Positions 26,275 to 36,391 of a DNA stretch of 56,283 nt are shown here, one piece after another. The translations under genes were made by a program, and so were the position numbers. Location: UHGV virus genome UHGV-0315882. One strand, given 5' to 3'. This DNA comes from a virus. How positions within the stretch are numbered: position 1 is the stretch's first letter; each line of letters starts with the position of its first letter. Below the pieces are notes generated by a model. That model searched no databases, was not told the DNA's origin, and saw only the letters and a list, made by a program, of their open reading frames with translations.

Positions 26275-26772
26275 TCAAGTACAGTTTGCTTTCATTACCT
26301 TATGGATTCTTTTTTCAGCATCTTCATAAGTTTCTTTAGTAATAAACTTAATTGCTGCAATATTGGCATTGTAGAAGAGTCTGAGCTTAGAGTCAATCCT
26401 TTTTGTCATTACATCGAATTTATGTTGGAGGTTTGCTTCACCATAAACTAGACCACCTTTCGTGTAGTAGGTTTGGATAATGTAAAAGTCAAAAAATTCT
26501 TTTCCAAAGCTCTCAATATCTTTTTTAATATACTCAGAAGAGGTTTCGTAAGTCATCCAATCACTTTCCTTAGTGACTACCTTCTTCCGAGTCTTCCCAG
26601 CAACTTTTCTTTTGTTCACACTGTTAAGCTGTTTCTTTCCTATATAATATTGTCCAGTCTTCTTACAGTGTACTAAATAGACAAAGCCAAAATGTTTAGT
26701 GGGGTCAACTTCCCCACATAAAGATACCCAATGACCGTAGGTAGGGCAATTGCCAAATCCTTTAATCTTCAT
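26275..26772 (-). CDS. GIY-YIG domain protein, putative homing endonuclease (165 aa)
   Basis: GFVYLVHCKKTGQYYIGKK matches the GIY...YIG motif pair. Confidence 0.5.
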   Translation of the reverse strand: MKIKGFGNCPTYGHWVSLCGEVDPTKHFGFVYLVHCKKTGQYYIGKKQLNSVNKRKVAGKTRKKVVTKESDWMTYETSSEYIKKDIESFGKEFFDFYIIQTYYTKGGLVYGEANLQHKFDVMTKRIDSKLRLFYNANIAAIKFITKETYEDAEKRIHKVMKANCT

Positions 26773-27802
26773 TCATACACGGCTCCCAATTATATTTCTT
26801 GAAAGAGAAATTGTCTTTTGGATTTCTCTCTTGATATGCTATCCAGAAATGCTGTTCCATTAACTCTAACGGTGTCTTTGTAACAGTCTGTCCATCCCAT
26901 GACACATAGGTATAAGAGTCTTTTTTAGCATAGAGTTCATAGATAGCATCAAGACACTCTTTGTAGGTCTCTTTACCATCTAAAGCATTCATCACAGCTA
27001 CTTTACCAGCCCCTTTTAGGCCGAAGTAGTTGTCTGCATTATCTCCAGCAACAGCCTGATAACACAAGAATTTAAAACCTACACCAACTGTTTTTGCAGC
27101 TTTTGGTTTTGATTTGATAGGACAATCCCAGATATCACCAACATTGTTGTCAGCAATAAAAATTAATGGTGATTTTTCATAAGTCATATCAATACAATAA
27201 GTCCCTTCAGCTTGTCGAAGGTCTTTGTCAATACTCATAAGAGCAGCTTTCTTACCCATCTTTTCAGCTTTAGCAATTACGATTGAATCGGCTTCGAAGC
27301 CACCCTTTAAGAGCTTGAACTCTGGTCTTGACAGAAGATACTCACGACAAGCAACTAAGTGTGTTGGTGTGACAGCATCTTTACGGTTACCTTGATATTG
27401 GTGCTCAAGACCTTTAATGTCTTTATGTTTATGCACACCTTTCTCTGTTAAATAGCCTACCCAAGTTCTCTCTTTACCAACAATCTTAAGCCATTCCTGA
27501 AGCACCTGTTGAGTAGCCATGATAGCTTCTTTTTCACTCTTAGCTTCTTTCCAAGTCTGTCTTTCCCATTCATCTTCATCAAATGTCAGGCCAAGCTCTT
27601 CCACAAGGATTCTCTGGTCTGCTAACCATCTTGCAGCATCTTTTGCATTATCAAATGGTTCAGATTCTTCTGCTGTGAGTTTATTGACGTATTTATATTT
27701 TGCTTTCTCAACTACACAAGCACCTTTATAGGCAATACTGTCAGAGTCAATAAAGACATGTGTAACTGAATCGGGAAGTTTTGTTAATGTGTACTTCTCC
27801 AT
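26762..27802 (-). CDS. 5'-3' exonuclease / RNase H (FEN-like, T4 RNase H-type)
   Basis: N-terminal HVFIDSDSIAYKG resembles the FEN/T4 RNase H motif (ICLIDFSQIA); 346 aa. Confidence 0.5.
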   Translation of the reverse strand: MEKYTLTKLPDSVTHVFIDSDSIAYKGACVVEKAKYKYVNKLTAEESEPFDNAKDAARWLADQRILVEELGLTFDEDEWERQTWKEAKSEKEAIMATQQVLQEWLKIVGKERTWVGYLTEKGVHKHKDIKGLEHQYQGNRKDAVTPTHLVACREYLLSRPEFKLLKGGFEADSIVIAKAEKMGKKAALMSIDKDLRQAEGTYCIDMTYEKSPLIFIADNNVGDIWDCPIKSKPKAAKTVGVGFKFLCYQAVAGDNADNYFGLKGAGKVAVMNALDGKETYKECLDAIYELYAKKDSYTYVSWDGQTVTKTPLELMEQHFWIAYQERNPKDNFSFKKYNWEPCMNED

Positions 27803-27815
27803 TATGGCTCTCCAT

Positions 27816-27850
27816 ATGAAAAAGCCCCATACGGAGTACAGGGCTTTAAA
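27816..27850 (-). terminator. Hairpin terminator
   Basis: AAAGCCC / GGGCTTT stem with 13 nt loop followed by a T-run on the minus strand. Confidence 0.45.
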
Positions 27851-27863
27851 GTAACTTTAGAGA

Positions 27864-28721
27864 TTAATCTTCTGTATCGAAGTCTTCATCTTCTTCGTCA
27901 TCTGGGTCTGGCAAATCTTCATCATCACCATCATCAGAATCATTCGAAGATTTATGGTCTGTTGCGTCTTCTTCAGTGATTTCACCGTTATCTTCGACAC
28001 CATCAAGACCAAGCATAGCCAGTTCATCTTCATCCAGTTCTGGTTCACCATTAGCACCGTTACCACCAGTGTAAGGCACAAGAGTATCAATGATAAACTG
28101 CTCCTGAATAGGTTTTGTCAGAACATTGTTCTCAAAAGTGTAGAAGTGAGTAGAAAGAATCACACTACCAAAAGAACCGTTACCAACTGCAATATCTGGA
28201 TGAATTACATCATAGTTCTTGTCATCTTCATGTTTATCAGATGCTTGAGCTTTAATTTTCTTCATCGGCTGTTTAACAGCTACACGCTTACCATTTACTT
28301 CTTCAATAAGCATAACAGGGAATGACTGTTTAGCTGTCCATACAGCACCATCTTTATAAGCTGCTGCACGACTTACTTTCAAGATGTAGTAAGTGTCTGC
28401 TTCAAAAGGTGGTTTACAACCAAACTTCTCTTCGAAGTCGTCTGCATCAACTGCTTCAGTAGTGACTTTATCCCAACCTTCTGGGTTTTTCTTAGACTTA
28501 GTAAACTCTTTAAACAGCTTGTTACCATCTTCTGCCAGAATTGAAACGCTGTAGTTACAGTCTTTGCCTGGGAATTTCTTATCAATGGACTTGCCTTTTC
28601 CCGGACGTGGTGAAGTGTTCAGGTAATAAAACCAGACATCTTTCAGAAGGTAACGCAGAGTTTGACGTTCAGTACCGTTGTACTTCTCTACCGGAGCTTT
28701 CATTTTAACAACTTTAGACAT
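27864..28721 (-). CDS. Single-stranded DNA-binding protein-like (acidic C-terminal tail)
   Basis: ~55-residue D/E-rich C-terminal tail, typical of phage SSBs; sits next to the primase-helicase. Confidence 0.45.
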   Translation of the reverse strand: MSKVVKMKAPVEKYNGTERQTLRYLLKDVWFYYLNTSPRPGKGKSIDKKFPGKDCNYSVSILAEDGNKLFKEFTKSKKNPEGWDKVTTEAVDADDFEEKFGCKPPFEADTYYILKVSRAAAYKDGAVWTAKQSFPVMLIEEVNGKRVAVKQPMKKIKAQASDKHEDDKNYDVIHPDIAVGNGSFGSVILSTHFYTFENNVLTKPIQEQFIIDTLVPYTGGNGANGEPELDEDELAMLGLDGVEDNGEITEEDATDHKSSNDSDDGDDEDLPDPDDEEDEDFDTED

Positions 28722-28793
28722 TATTTAAACCTCTATCTCAATTTATGAAGAGTACCAATTCTAATTTGTTGATACTCTATTGTCAAACATTAA

Positions 28794-28943
28794 TTACTGG
28801 AAGTTGTGCTTATCTTTAGAAGCTGCTTTACGTGCAGTTTTTCCAGTTCTTACACGCTTCTCTTCATAGTATTTTGCTGGTTTTCCAGCAGTGGCTTTTA
28901 AAGAGTCCCCAAAAACTTTTTCAAATGCTTTAGAGTGTTTCAT
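28794..28943 (-). CDS. small basic hypothetical protein (49 aa, below the ORF-track threshold)
   Basis: Hand translation MKHSKAFEKVFGDSLKATAGKPAKYYEEKRVRTGKTARKAASKDKHNFQ; GGAGA RBS; ATGA overlap with the upstream stop. Confidence 0.3.
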   Translation of the reverse strand: MKHSKAFEKVFGDSLKATAGKPAKYYEEKRVRTGKTARKAASKDKHNFQ

Positions 28944-29221
28944 GATATTCTCCGATATACTTGATATTCAAACACATTTTCTTTCATTATAAACAGCCAA
29001 CCAATATTATGTTCAGGTATAGTAATAGTGACTGTGATAATACTGTGATGGAACTTTTCTTCTACCTCAACGCCACCATCACATTTCATGTAGAGCATTC
29101 TATAGAACCTATCAATCTTTGTCAAACACTCTTCCTGAAATTTATTTAAACTTTTTTCTTCAAAGAAGGGTGTGAACCCCTCTCTTTTATAACTATCACT
29201 CAGTTTCGAATGGGCAGTCAT
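28940..29221 (-). CDS. hypothetical protein (~93 aa)
   Basis: Start placed at the ATG with GAGGA RBS; overlaps the 3' end of the primase-helicase gene. Confidence 0.4.
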   Translation of the reverse strand: MTAHSKLSDSYKREGFTPFFEEKSLNKFQEECLTKIDRFYRMLYMKCDGGVEVEEKFHHSIITVTITIPEHNIGWLFIMKENVFEYQVYRRIS

Positions 29222-31187
29222 CTGCATCCTCACTTAATACAGGTGGAATCGTTGAGCTTTGACGCTGCTCTTCAGTATAGACTTCACCAGTCTCACGGTC
29301 AAATACTTCATCCTCATAATGTGGCAAAGAGTCATCGTAATGGTCTTCAGCTTCACCAATACCAAACTGTTGGCGAATATTTTCTGCTGCGCCATCAATG
29401 TCAACTCCACAACCAGATGCTTTAATGAGACGCCCTGTATCTGGATTGTACCAAGTATGACCAGCAATACCCGTTGACTTACCGTGACGACGACATTTAG
29501 TTAACTTGATTTTTGTCAAGTTTTTCTTAACAGGGTCTGGGTCAACCTTGTTACGCATTAACAAAATATTATTCATGGAAATCTGGAAATACGCACCAGA
29601 ACCCTTGATATCCTCTTCAGAGATATCCCCACCTTCAGAGTTAGCTTTCTGACCACCTGCACTCTTACGAACGTGACATACGTTTACCTGCGCATACTGG
29701 TAGCGTTTGCAACGACGCAATAGCTCAGACAAAACTTCCTCTTCATCCGTATCTGAACGTGACAGAGCTAACGTGATAGGGTCAAGAATGATAATCTTGC
29801 AATCTAAACTGTTAACAAGATAGTCAACAAATTCCAGCAGGTTATCTTGGTCAATTGCCCCTTGATGGTCAACGATGTGGATACGACGACCTTTAGACAG
29901 TTCTGCGTGTGCCCCTTTTAGTTCATCCCAATCACGTTCGTCATAAGGAATCTCAGAAATCTGCTTGCTCAGGTGGATTGCACAGAGCATTTCCATAAGT
30001 TCTTCGTAAGTATCTTCTACAGGAATTACACCGATATTATAATCAGTTTCTTTCCAAGCTGAATAAATCATCTCACGAGTATAAGCTGACTTACCTACTG
30101 AAGATGGTGCTGCAATAGTTGTAATCTCACCCAAACCATAACCACCGTAAGTCAGTCTGTTCAAATCCCCGAAAGATTCTGGGAAAGGAATCAATGGAAT
30201 CTGACCACGATTCTTCATTGCCTCAAAACCATCTGCAAAGTTCTTGATACCAGCAGGGCAATAACGAGGTGCGTTGTAGATACGCTGCTTAAATCCTTCC
30301 AGAACTGTGTCTTTCTCTTTATAGAACTTTGTCCACCATTCGTTAAGGTCTTTTACACCCTCTGGATACTGGAATAAACGAACCTTCTCAATAGGTAAGA
30401 TACCAGCAGCCTCTTTGGTAGCTTTAGCACCTGCTTCATCGTTATCAAAGCACAAGTAAATTTCATCAAATGATGTGATGTACTGATAGTTATCTTTGAT
30501 AGACTTGATGTTTGCACCTGACGGAACAGATACATGACAGTAATTCTTACGACGAGATTTGTCCTTAATCGCAAGAGAAGTCATATAGATTGCTGTCGCA
30601 CATTCCATCTCACCTTCCCAGATGAATAGACGGTTACCACCTTCTGGAGCAATCCATGAACCGAACATTGCCAGTTCACCTTTAATGTCTCCAACACCAC
30701 CAGAAAAGTCTTTTAACTTACCTCGTAGGTGCTCTTTTGGATGGTCTTCTGGGTAACGGTGACGAACACGGTAGCCAACATGCTCTAGCTTGCCATCTTC
30801 ATTGCGTTTGTAAGTTGGGTAGAAATGCGCGTCAATTTCACCATCACTGTCAATGTCAACCTTAATACCCAAACGCTCAAGAACTTTTGCAGGAATCTTC
30901 CTGTCTTTCAAGTCCATTGCTTCAAGGTTTTCTTTTACATCGTCTAAATCCATTCCACGGAAAGTACGGTTTTTATTGTCTGAACCAGTAGAATAAGTGC
31001 TCACAATTTGTCCTTTATCAAAATCCCACTCTGGGAAACCTTTGTTACAACTAAAGCAAGTCATCGAATAAGAATCATCGTCATGATGATAGATTGAACC
31101 AGCATCTGATGAACCACAACGTGGACATGCACAATGACCAATAAACTGACCAGCCTCTTTCAATTTACGACCTTTAGACATTAGCAC
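29196..31187 (-). CDS. DNA primase-helicase (T7 gp4-like)
   Basis: N-terminal Cys4 zinc ribbon (CACPRCG...CFSC) and C-terminal DnaB-like Walker A (AAPSSVGKSAYT); 663 aa. Confidence 0.85.
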   Translation of the reverse strand: MLMSKGRKLKEAGQFIGHCACPRCGSSDAGSIYHHDDDSYSMTCFSCNKGFPEWDFDKGQIVSTYSTGSDNKNRTFRGMDLDDVKENLEAMDLKDRKIPAKVLERLGIKVDIDSDGEIDAHFYPTYKRNEDGKLEHVGYRVRHRYPEDHPKEHLRGKLKDFSGGVGDIKGELAMFGSWIAPEGGNRLFIWEGEMECATAIYMTSLAIKDKSRRKNYCHVSVPSGANIKSIKDNYQYITSFDEIYLCFDNDEAGAKATKEAAGILPIEKVRLFQYPEGVKDLNEWWTKFYKEKDTVLEGFKQRIYNAPRYCPAGIKNFADGFEAMKNRGQIPLIPFPESFGDLNRLTYGGYGLGEITTIAAPSSVGKSAYTREMIYSAWKETDYNIGVIPVEDTYEELMEMLCAIHLSKQISEIPYDERDWDELKGAHAELSKGRRIHIVDHQGAIDQDNLLEFVDYLVNSLDCKIIILDPITLALSRSDTDEEEVLSELLRRCKRYQYAQVNVCHVRKSAGGQKANSEGGDISEEDIKGSGAYFQISMNNILLMRNKVDPDPVKKNLTKIKLTKCRRHGKSTGIAGHTWYNPDTGRLIKASGCGVDIDGAAENIRQQFGIGEAEDHYDDSLPHYEDEVFDRETGEVYTEEQRQSSTIPPVLSEDADDCPFETE

Positions 31188-31374
31188 CTCTTCGTTGTAG
31201 TTCTGCCTTCAATCCATTTTCAATCTTGTCCAGTTCATGAATCTCATCTGCAATCTCTTTCCTTCGTGATTCAACTCTCTTAAGACGTTCAACCATTACC
31301 TCATTGGAAAGAGATGAGAGTTCCACTAAACGATGGTCAATAACTTTAAAATTATCTTTTACTCTCATCTTCAT
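31174..31374 (-). CDS. hypothetical coiled-coil protein (66 aa)
   Basis: Small ORF overlapping the primase start. Confidence 0.4.
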   Translation of the reverse strand: MKMRVKDNFKVIDHRLVELSSLSNEVMVERLKRVESRRKEIADEIHELDKIENGLKAELQRRGANV

Positions 31375-31382
31375 TCTCTCTT

Positions 31383-32126
31383 TTAAATTTTCAGGATAGC
31401 TCTTAGCTTGCTTTCAAGGTCTGCAAGAGTACCATTATTATGAATAATGTCACGCGCATATTTGGTAGAAATCCCATTTTCTGAAACATGTGACGAAACC
31501 TTATCCACATTGTCTCTTTTTACTTCAATAGTTTGGTGTGCAAATCTGCTCAGCCACTCAGCTTCAGAGTCAAACCTTAAGTCACTGATTAAAACAACAC
31601 CGTCCTGATTCTTAAGTGAGCAAAAGTCAAAGAAATTTGCCATTCGTTTTTCGAGGTCTTTAGCCCAGAATTTGTCACCCATAACTTTACGGATAACTTC
31701 AGTACCCCAAATCTGTTGAATCTGTCTTGATGAAAATTTATACTTTTTACTAAATCCCAGGCGTGTTAATAGAGTCGGTTTAGCAACCTTCTTCAGTTCC
31801 ATAATTAATCGTCCGGTTAACTCTGACATGAGTTTGAAGTCCGTATGATAACGTTCGCCTCTGAAGGTAAACTCCATAGCTTCTGTGACCTTGAACATCA
31901 GTTCAGAGTATGATAAATCAAAAACCTGTGGAGTCTCTTTAGTTTCACCGTACAGGTCATTCCAAGTCAAGTCAAATATCCTTGATGCAGAGAGTTTAAG
32001 GTTGTCTGCATAGGCCATTACTGCAACATTGTAGCCATACTCATCTTCTAGGATATTCTTAACAATAGAACATGAGGTGTCTTTTCCAGAACGTGCCTTT
32101 CCAGTAAATGCGATAATATTACTCAT
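31383..32126 (-). CDS. Deoxynucleoside monophosphate kinase-like (P-loop)
   Basis: N-terminal FTGKARSGKDT resembles T4 gp1 dNMP kinase (SGVKRSGKDT); 247 aa. Confidence 0.55.
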   Translation of the reverse strand: MSNIIAFTGKARSGKDTSCSIVKNILEDEYGYNVAVMAYADNLKLSASRIFDLTWNDLYGETKETPQVFDLSYSELMFKVTEAMEFTFRGERYHTDFKLMSELTGRLIMELKKVAKPTLLTRLGFSKKYKFSSRQIQQIWGTEVIRKVMGDKFWAKDLEKRMANFFDFCSLKNQDGVVLISDLRFDSEAEWLSRFAHQTIEVKRDNVDKVSSHVSENGISTKYARDIIHNNGTLADLESKLRAILKI

Positions 32127-32144
32127 TCTATCTCCCTTAATTAC

Positions 32145-32172
32145 TAAAAAGCCCCCAACTAAGGAGGCTTGT
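32145..32172 (-). terminator. Intrinsic terminator
   Basis: Imperfect AGCCCCC/GGAGGCT stem followed by a T-run on the minus strand. Confidence 0.45.
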
Positions 32173-32187
32173 AAGGTTTATAAAGAC

Positions 32188-33000
32188 TTAGTGCAGTTGG
32201 TCAGTATTAGCCTGTGAATACTCTTTTTCAGCCATAGCTGAGATTTGCTTCACAAAATCATCACCAAAGTTAATGCGCAGCTTCTCTTCAATGATTGAAG
32301 CACCAATGCTCACCAGAACATCATTGATTGCTTGCATACTCACACCACCAGTCATACTCTCAATGAACTCAATGCTTGTGCCCATCATCTGTGAAAGCTG
32401 GATTAGTGCAACGATATTCATCATTGTAGAAATAGCTGGAATCATCAATGCAACTTTCACCTGAAGTGGTTCTATGTCAGCTACAGAATCATCTTTCACA
32501 GCTTCTTCCAAAGAAGCTTTGGTTTGCTGGATAATCTCTTTGATTCGTGGGTTTAATTCCTCTACACCCCAATCAAGCTTTTCATATCTTGATAGCTTCT
32601 CTTCCATTCGCTTCTCAAGAGCAGCCATAACAGCACTCGTTGACGAAATTAACAGGTCAATTAGCTCATTATATTCTAGGAGCAGCAGTGAGTCTTTTTC
32701 TTCAGAGGTCATGGCAATATAGTCATTTTTCTGCATCTCATAAAAAATGAACTCTGCAAGAGCATCGACACCTACAACAATAGATGCTAAAGCAAGTGTT
32801 TTGTCACACAGCATCATATTAACCTGTTCTGCAAAAGCACCGTTATCAGACTTGTCTTTAGGCAGGTTATAGCTTGCAGGCATAAACTGTTCTGTGTAGT
32901 TGTTTCCACGAAGAATCATAGCCATGCTTTCTACGGCATTGATTAAGAATGCTTCGTCAATACCTTTTTCTTCAAGCATTTGTTCTACATTAATATTCAT
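32188..33000 (-). CDS. hypothetical protein (270 aa)
   Basis: Second gene of the minus-strand operon leaving the divergent control region. Confidence 0.55.
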   Translation of the reverse strand: MNINVEQMLEEKGIDEAFLINAVESMAMILRGNNYTEQFMPASYNLPKDKSDNGAFAEQVNMMLCDKTLALASIVVGVDALAEFIFYEMQKNDYIAMTSEEKDSLLLLEYNELIDLLISSTSAVMAALEKRMEEKLSRYEKLDWGVEELNPRIKEIIQQTKASLEEAVKDDSVADIEPLQVKVALMIPAISTMMNIVALIQLSQMMGTSIEFIESMTGGVSMQAINDVLVSIGASIIEEKLRINFGDDFVKQISAMAEKEYSQANTDQLH

Positions 33001-33001
33001 A

Positions 33002-33424
33002 TTATTTCTCTCTCAGTTGGTTAAGTTTCTTTCTAGAACATTTTAAGTTTTCTGATGAAGAAAAGTCAAGTGTCTTTTCAGAACGTGGATAGTAGTGTCT
33101 ATCCCAAGAAGTTTCGACATCGTTAATCAGTGATGCTAGATTACACAGGTCTGTACCACTTTGCAACCTCTTTTTAAGAGAATCTAGTAAAGCAACTGTG
33201 TCTTTGGCTTTACGTCTCGCTGTAGCAACATCTTTCATATGCTCAAATACAGAGCATTTTAAGTCATCTTCATAGTTTTCAGACAACTCTATTTCATGTT
33301 GTATATCAACCATTCTCCTGTGATGGTGAGCATATTCCCGTTGAGCAGCAATGTCAAGTTCTTCCAACTTCTGCAAAGCTCTAACAAAGTCAGCTATGTC
33401 TGGGTGAACAAACATTTTCTGCAT
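33002..33424 (-). CDS. hypothetical protein (140 aa)
   Basis: First minus-strand gene next to the divergent control region; AAAAGAGG RBS. Confidence 0.55.
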   Translation of the reverse strand: MQKMFVHPDIADFVRALQKLEELDIAAQREYAHHHRRMVDIQHEIELSENYEDDLKCSVFEHMKDVATARRKAKDTVALLDSLKKRLQSGTDLCNLASLINDVETSWDRHYYPRSEKTLDFSSSENLKCSRKKLNQLREK

Positions 33425-33681
33425 GTAAGCCTCTTTTAAGTAACTATTAAGTTTTAATCTTTTATCTTAACGTATTCTATACGTTATACTTTAAAGCTTT
33501 TTAAAAGCTATTAAATAATCTTTTAAGAGTTTTAAAGTATCTGTATAGTTAAACTGTTAAGTAACCTTTTAAGTAAAAACCCACTTCGCAAAGATTAACA
33601 CCTTGTCAAGTGCATTGTCAACTTGCTTTTTATAATTTTTTGCAGTAATGTATGAGGTTAATGATTTTAGAGGGAGTAAAA
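33425..33681. promoter_or_regulatory. AT-rich divergent control region
   Basis: Consensus TATAAT at 33631-33636 upstream of the polymerase ATG; repeated CTTTTAAG/TTTAAAG motifs; small inverted repeat ACGTAT/ATACGT (33471-33486). Confidence 0.45.
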
Positions 33682-36381
33682 ATGGAAAACGTAGATTTTA
33701 AAAACTTACATTTGGTTGGTGATACAGAAACTGATGGTTTACTCCTTGAGTTCACTAAAGTGCACGTAATGGCTTTCGCAGACTATAAATCTGACGATGA
33801 AGAGCCACCTGTATGGGTCTTTACAGATGAACCTATCCTCGGTCACAAGTATACCAAGTACATTAAGGGTGGCTTACGTGAAGGTGTTGAATTTGCGTTA
33901 AAGGCAAAACGTCTTTGCATCCATAATGGTCTCGGTTATGACTGGTGGGTTTTCAATCACATTGCACCTGATTTGTGGAACTTTGATAATCCAAAATGTA
34001 AGCCGTGGAGTAATTTCTTTCAGGATTCTCTTATCCAGTCTCGTGTTCAGTGGATGGATAGACCAACTCCAAAGGGCTATAAAGGTGCTCATGGTTTGGC
34101 TGCATGGGGTGCTCGTGTTGGTGTTCGTAAACCAGAGATTGAACATTGGGGTGTGTGGAATGCAGAAATCTTCACTCGTGTTGTAGAAGATATCCGTATT
34201 AACGCCAAAACTAAACGGGCGCTTGATAATGAATATCTCAAGCTTAAGAAGTGTGGCATAGACACTTATGAAACCTACATGCGAGCTAAAGAAACATCTT
34301 TCTGGATGAGTCAACAAGCTATCAATGGCTGGAAAGCTGATAAAGAGCTTATGGAGTTCCATGTAAAGGAACTTGACAAGTTGACTAATGAGCTTGCTTC
34401 AGAGGTTGAACCACATCTACCTCCAACTATTAAGACCAAAGGTAAAGTAACTGGTGAAGAGTTTGCAAAGGCTTGGAATGAGTATGTTGAAACATTTGGT
34501 CATGCAGATGGGTTGAAGAGAATCACCAAGTATCCTAAGACGAAGTACCGTCAACAGGTGCGTAACGGTGAGATGCAGACATACGAAATCAAACCATTTG
34601 GTAAGCCAACTACAAAGATTTTTAACATTGAAAAGAGAAATTGCTATACACCAACCAACTCTGTAACTGGTGAAGAGTACAAGGAAGGCTTTGTAGCAAT
34701 GAAGGATGCTCGTGCAATTTGCAATGAGTTGAATGCAAAGATTGGTAAGAAATGCAAAGACTGGAAGCCAGTGAAAACAGTCAAAACTGTGAAGTACTAT
34801 AACAGTCACGTTGTTAACCACTTTGAACTTGAGTCAAGTCGATACACAGGTTTGATTGATGCACCATATACACCAATTGATTTTGAAGTTTCTCGTATGA
34901 CTCAGGTAGCAGTTGTTAAAGACTACTTGAAATCAGTTGGTTGGATTCCAGATGACTGGAACTACAAGAAAGACTCAGATGGTCGCCCTGTCAAAGTTTG
35001 TCGTTTCAAAGACAATAAAAAGATGATTACAAAACATCCTAAGTGGCAGGAAATGGTTGAGCGGTGTGGTTTGAGCTATGTTGAACATGAAGGTGTACAG
35101 TACATTGAACATAACTGGTCTGTGAAGAAGTACACAGATTTGCTTGAGCCTTGCTTAATCCGTACTTCACCAAAGCTTACTGAGTCATCTTATGATACGA
35201 TTGAAGGTGAACTTGGACAGAAGATTGCTAAGTACTATACTTTGATGCACCGACGCAGAACTATTGAGAACTCAAAGGATGATGAAAAAGGTTGGTTGAA
35301 CCAGATTCGTCCTGATGGTCGCCTTAGTGCTGGTGCAATGGTGTTTGGTACTTCAACTGGACGTATGACACAATATGGTATTGTAAACGTACCGTCTGGT
35401 GCTGCTGTCTATGGGGAACCAATGAGGGCAGTGTGGATTTGTGAGGAAGGTACTAACGTTGTCTCTGTAGATATGAACTCAGCCCAGCTAGTTCTACTTT
35501 GTAACTTTATGGGTGATAAAGACTTCACCAAAGCGGTAACGCAAGGTAAAGAAGAAATTGAGTTCATTCGTCAAGAAGATGGACGCTATTACTGCAAACA
35601 CTTTGATGAGTACCTCAACCCAGAGATTGATAAGTACCTTCGCTATGACTCTGAGAATGACCTGTACGTTGTCTATTCAGGGACTGATGCACATACACTG
35701 AACAGTATTTACTTTAGCTTGAATGATGAGCAGGACATCTTGACTTGTCGAGCTACTCAGGATGAGAATCTTCTTCATGAGATTAGCAAAGGTCGTAAGA
35801 AAGCTAAGAATGGTATCTATGCACTGCTGTTCGGTGCAGGTGATGAGAAGTTTGCTAAGACGATTAAAGCTGCGACTACTCAGGAAGGTGCGCTGACTAA
35901 ACAGACTTACTTTATACGTTTGCCTAAAATTAAGAAGCTACTAGATGACTTGGAAGCTGACTACAAAGCAACTAAAAAGGCACTTGAAGAGGTGTTTGGT
36001 AAGACTGCTGCAATCTCTAAAGGGGGTTTTGTAAAGGTTGCTGGAGCTTGGTTGTGGTGTAAATCTCCACATAAGTTATTGAATTATTTGCTTATGGGTT
36101 CGGAAAGTCAGATTCAGAACGAGGCAATTAACCTTGCTTGCCGTCGTATGATTGACGAAGGTTTGATGAAGTTGAACGGTCGCAAACCCGCTATAGGTGC
36201 TCGTTTATTGTGCTCCTATCACGACGAGACAAGTTGGGAATGCCCAGAAAGTATGACGGCAGAGGTGAAGGCTGTTACTGATTGGTATTACGGGCAAGCC
36301 TCTAAGAACTTAGGACTAAAAAGTGAAACACTGGTAACTGGTACTGGTAAGGTTGGCAAATCGTGGTTGGAAGTGCATTAA
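33682..36381 (+). CDS. DNA polymerase, family A (T7-like) with 3'-5' exonuclease domain
   Basis: Start trimmed to MENVDF with GAGGGAG RBS; Exo I DTETDG; motifs resembling pol A motif A (VDMNSAQL), motif B (KNGIYALLFG) and motif C (YHDE). Confidence 0.85.
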   Translation: MENVDFKNLHLVGDTETDGLLLEFTKVHVMAFADYKSDDEEPPVWVFTDEPILGHKYTKYIKGGLREGVEFALKAKRLCIHNGLGYDWWVFNHIAPDLWNFDNPKCKPWSNFFQDSLIQSRVQWMDRPTPKGYKGAHGLAAWGARVGVRKPEIEHWGVWNAEIFTRVVEDIRINAKTKRALDNEYLKLKKCGIDTYETYMRAKETSFWMSQQAINGWKADKELMEFHVKELDKLTNELASEVEPHLPPTIKTKGKVTGEEFAKAWNEYVETFGHADGLKRITKYPKTKYRQQVRNGEMQTYEIKPFGKPTTKIFNIEKRNCYTPTNSVTGEEYKEGFVAMKDARAICNELNAKIGKKCKDWKPVKTVKTVKYYNSHVVNHFELESSRYTGLIDAPYTPIDFEVSRMTQVAVVKDYLKSVGWIPDDWNYKKDSDGRPVKVCRFKDNKKMITKHPKWQEMVERCGLSYVEHEGVQYIEHNWSVKKYTDLLEPCLIRTSPKLTESSYDTIEGELGQKIAKYYTLMHRRRTIENSKDDEKGWLNQIRPDGRLSAGAMVFGTSTGRMTQYGIVNVPSGAAVYGEPMRAVWICEEGTNVVSVDMNSAQLVLLCNFMGDKDFTKAVTQGKEEIEFIRQEDGRYYCKHFDEYLNPEIDKYLRYDSENDLYVVYSGTDAHTLNSIYFSLNDEQDILTCRATQDENLLHEISKGRKKAKNGIYALLFGAGDEKFAKTIKAATTQEGALTKQTYFIRLPKIKKLLDDLEADYKATKKALEEVFGKTAAISKGGFVKVAGAWLWCKSPHKLLNYLLMGSESQIQNEAINLACRRMIDEGLMKLNGRKPAIGARLLCSYHDETSWECPESMTAEVKAVTDWYYGQASKNLGLKSETLVTGTGKVGKSWLEVH

Positions 36382-36391
36382 TGGTGACAAA

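Noticed and set aside
27857-28090. 77 aa same-strand ORF overlapping the SSB-like gene
   Set aside because: Alternative frame inside a well-supported gene; translation is Met/Leu/Lys low-complexity; no independent start context.
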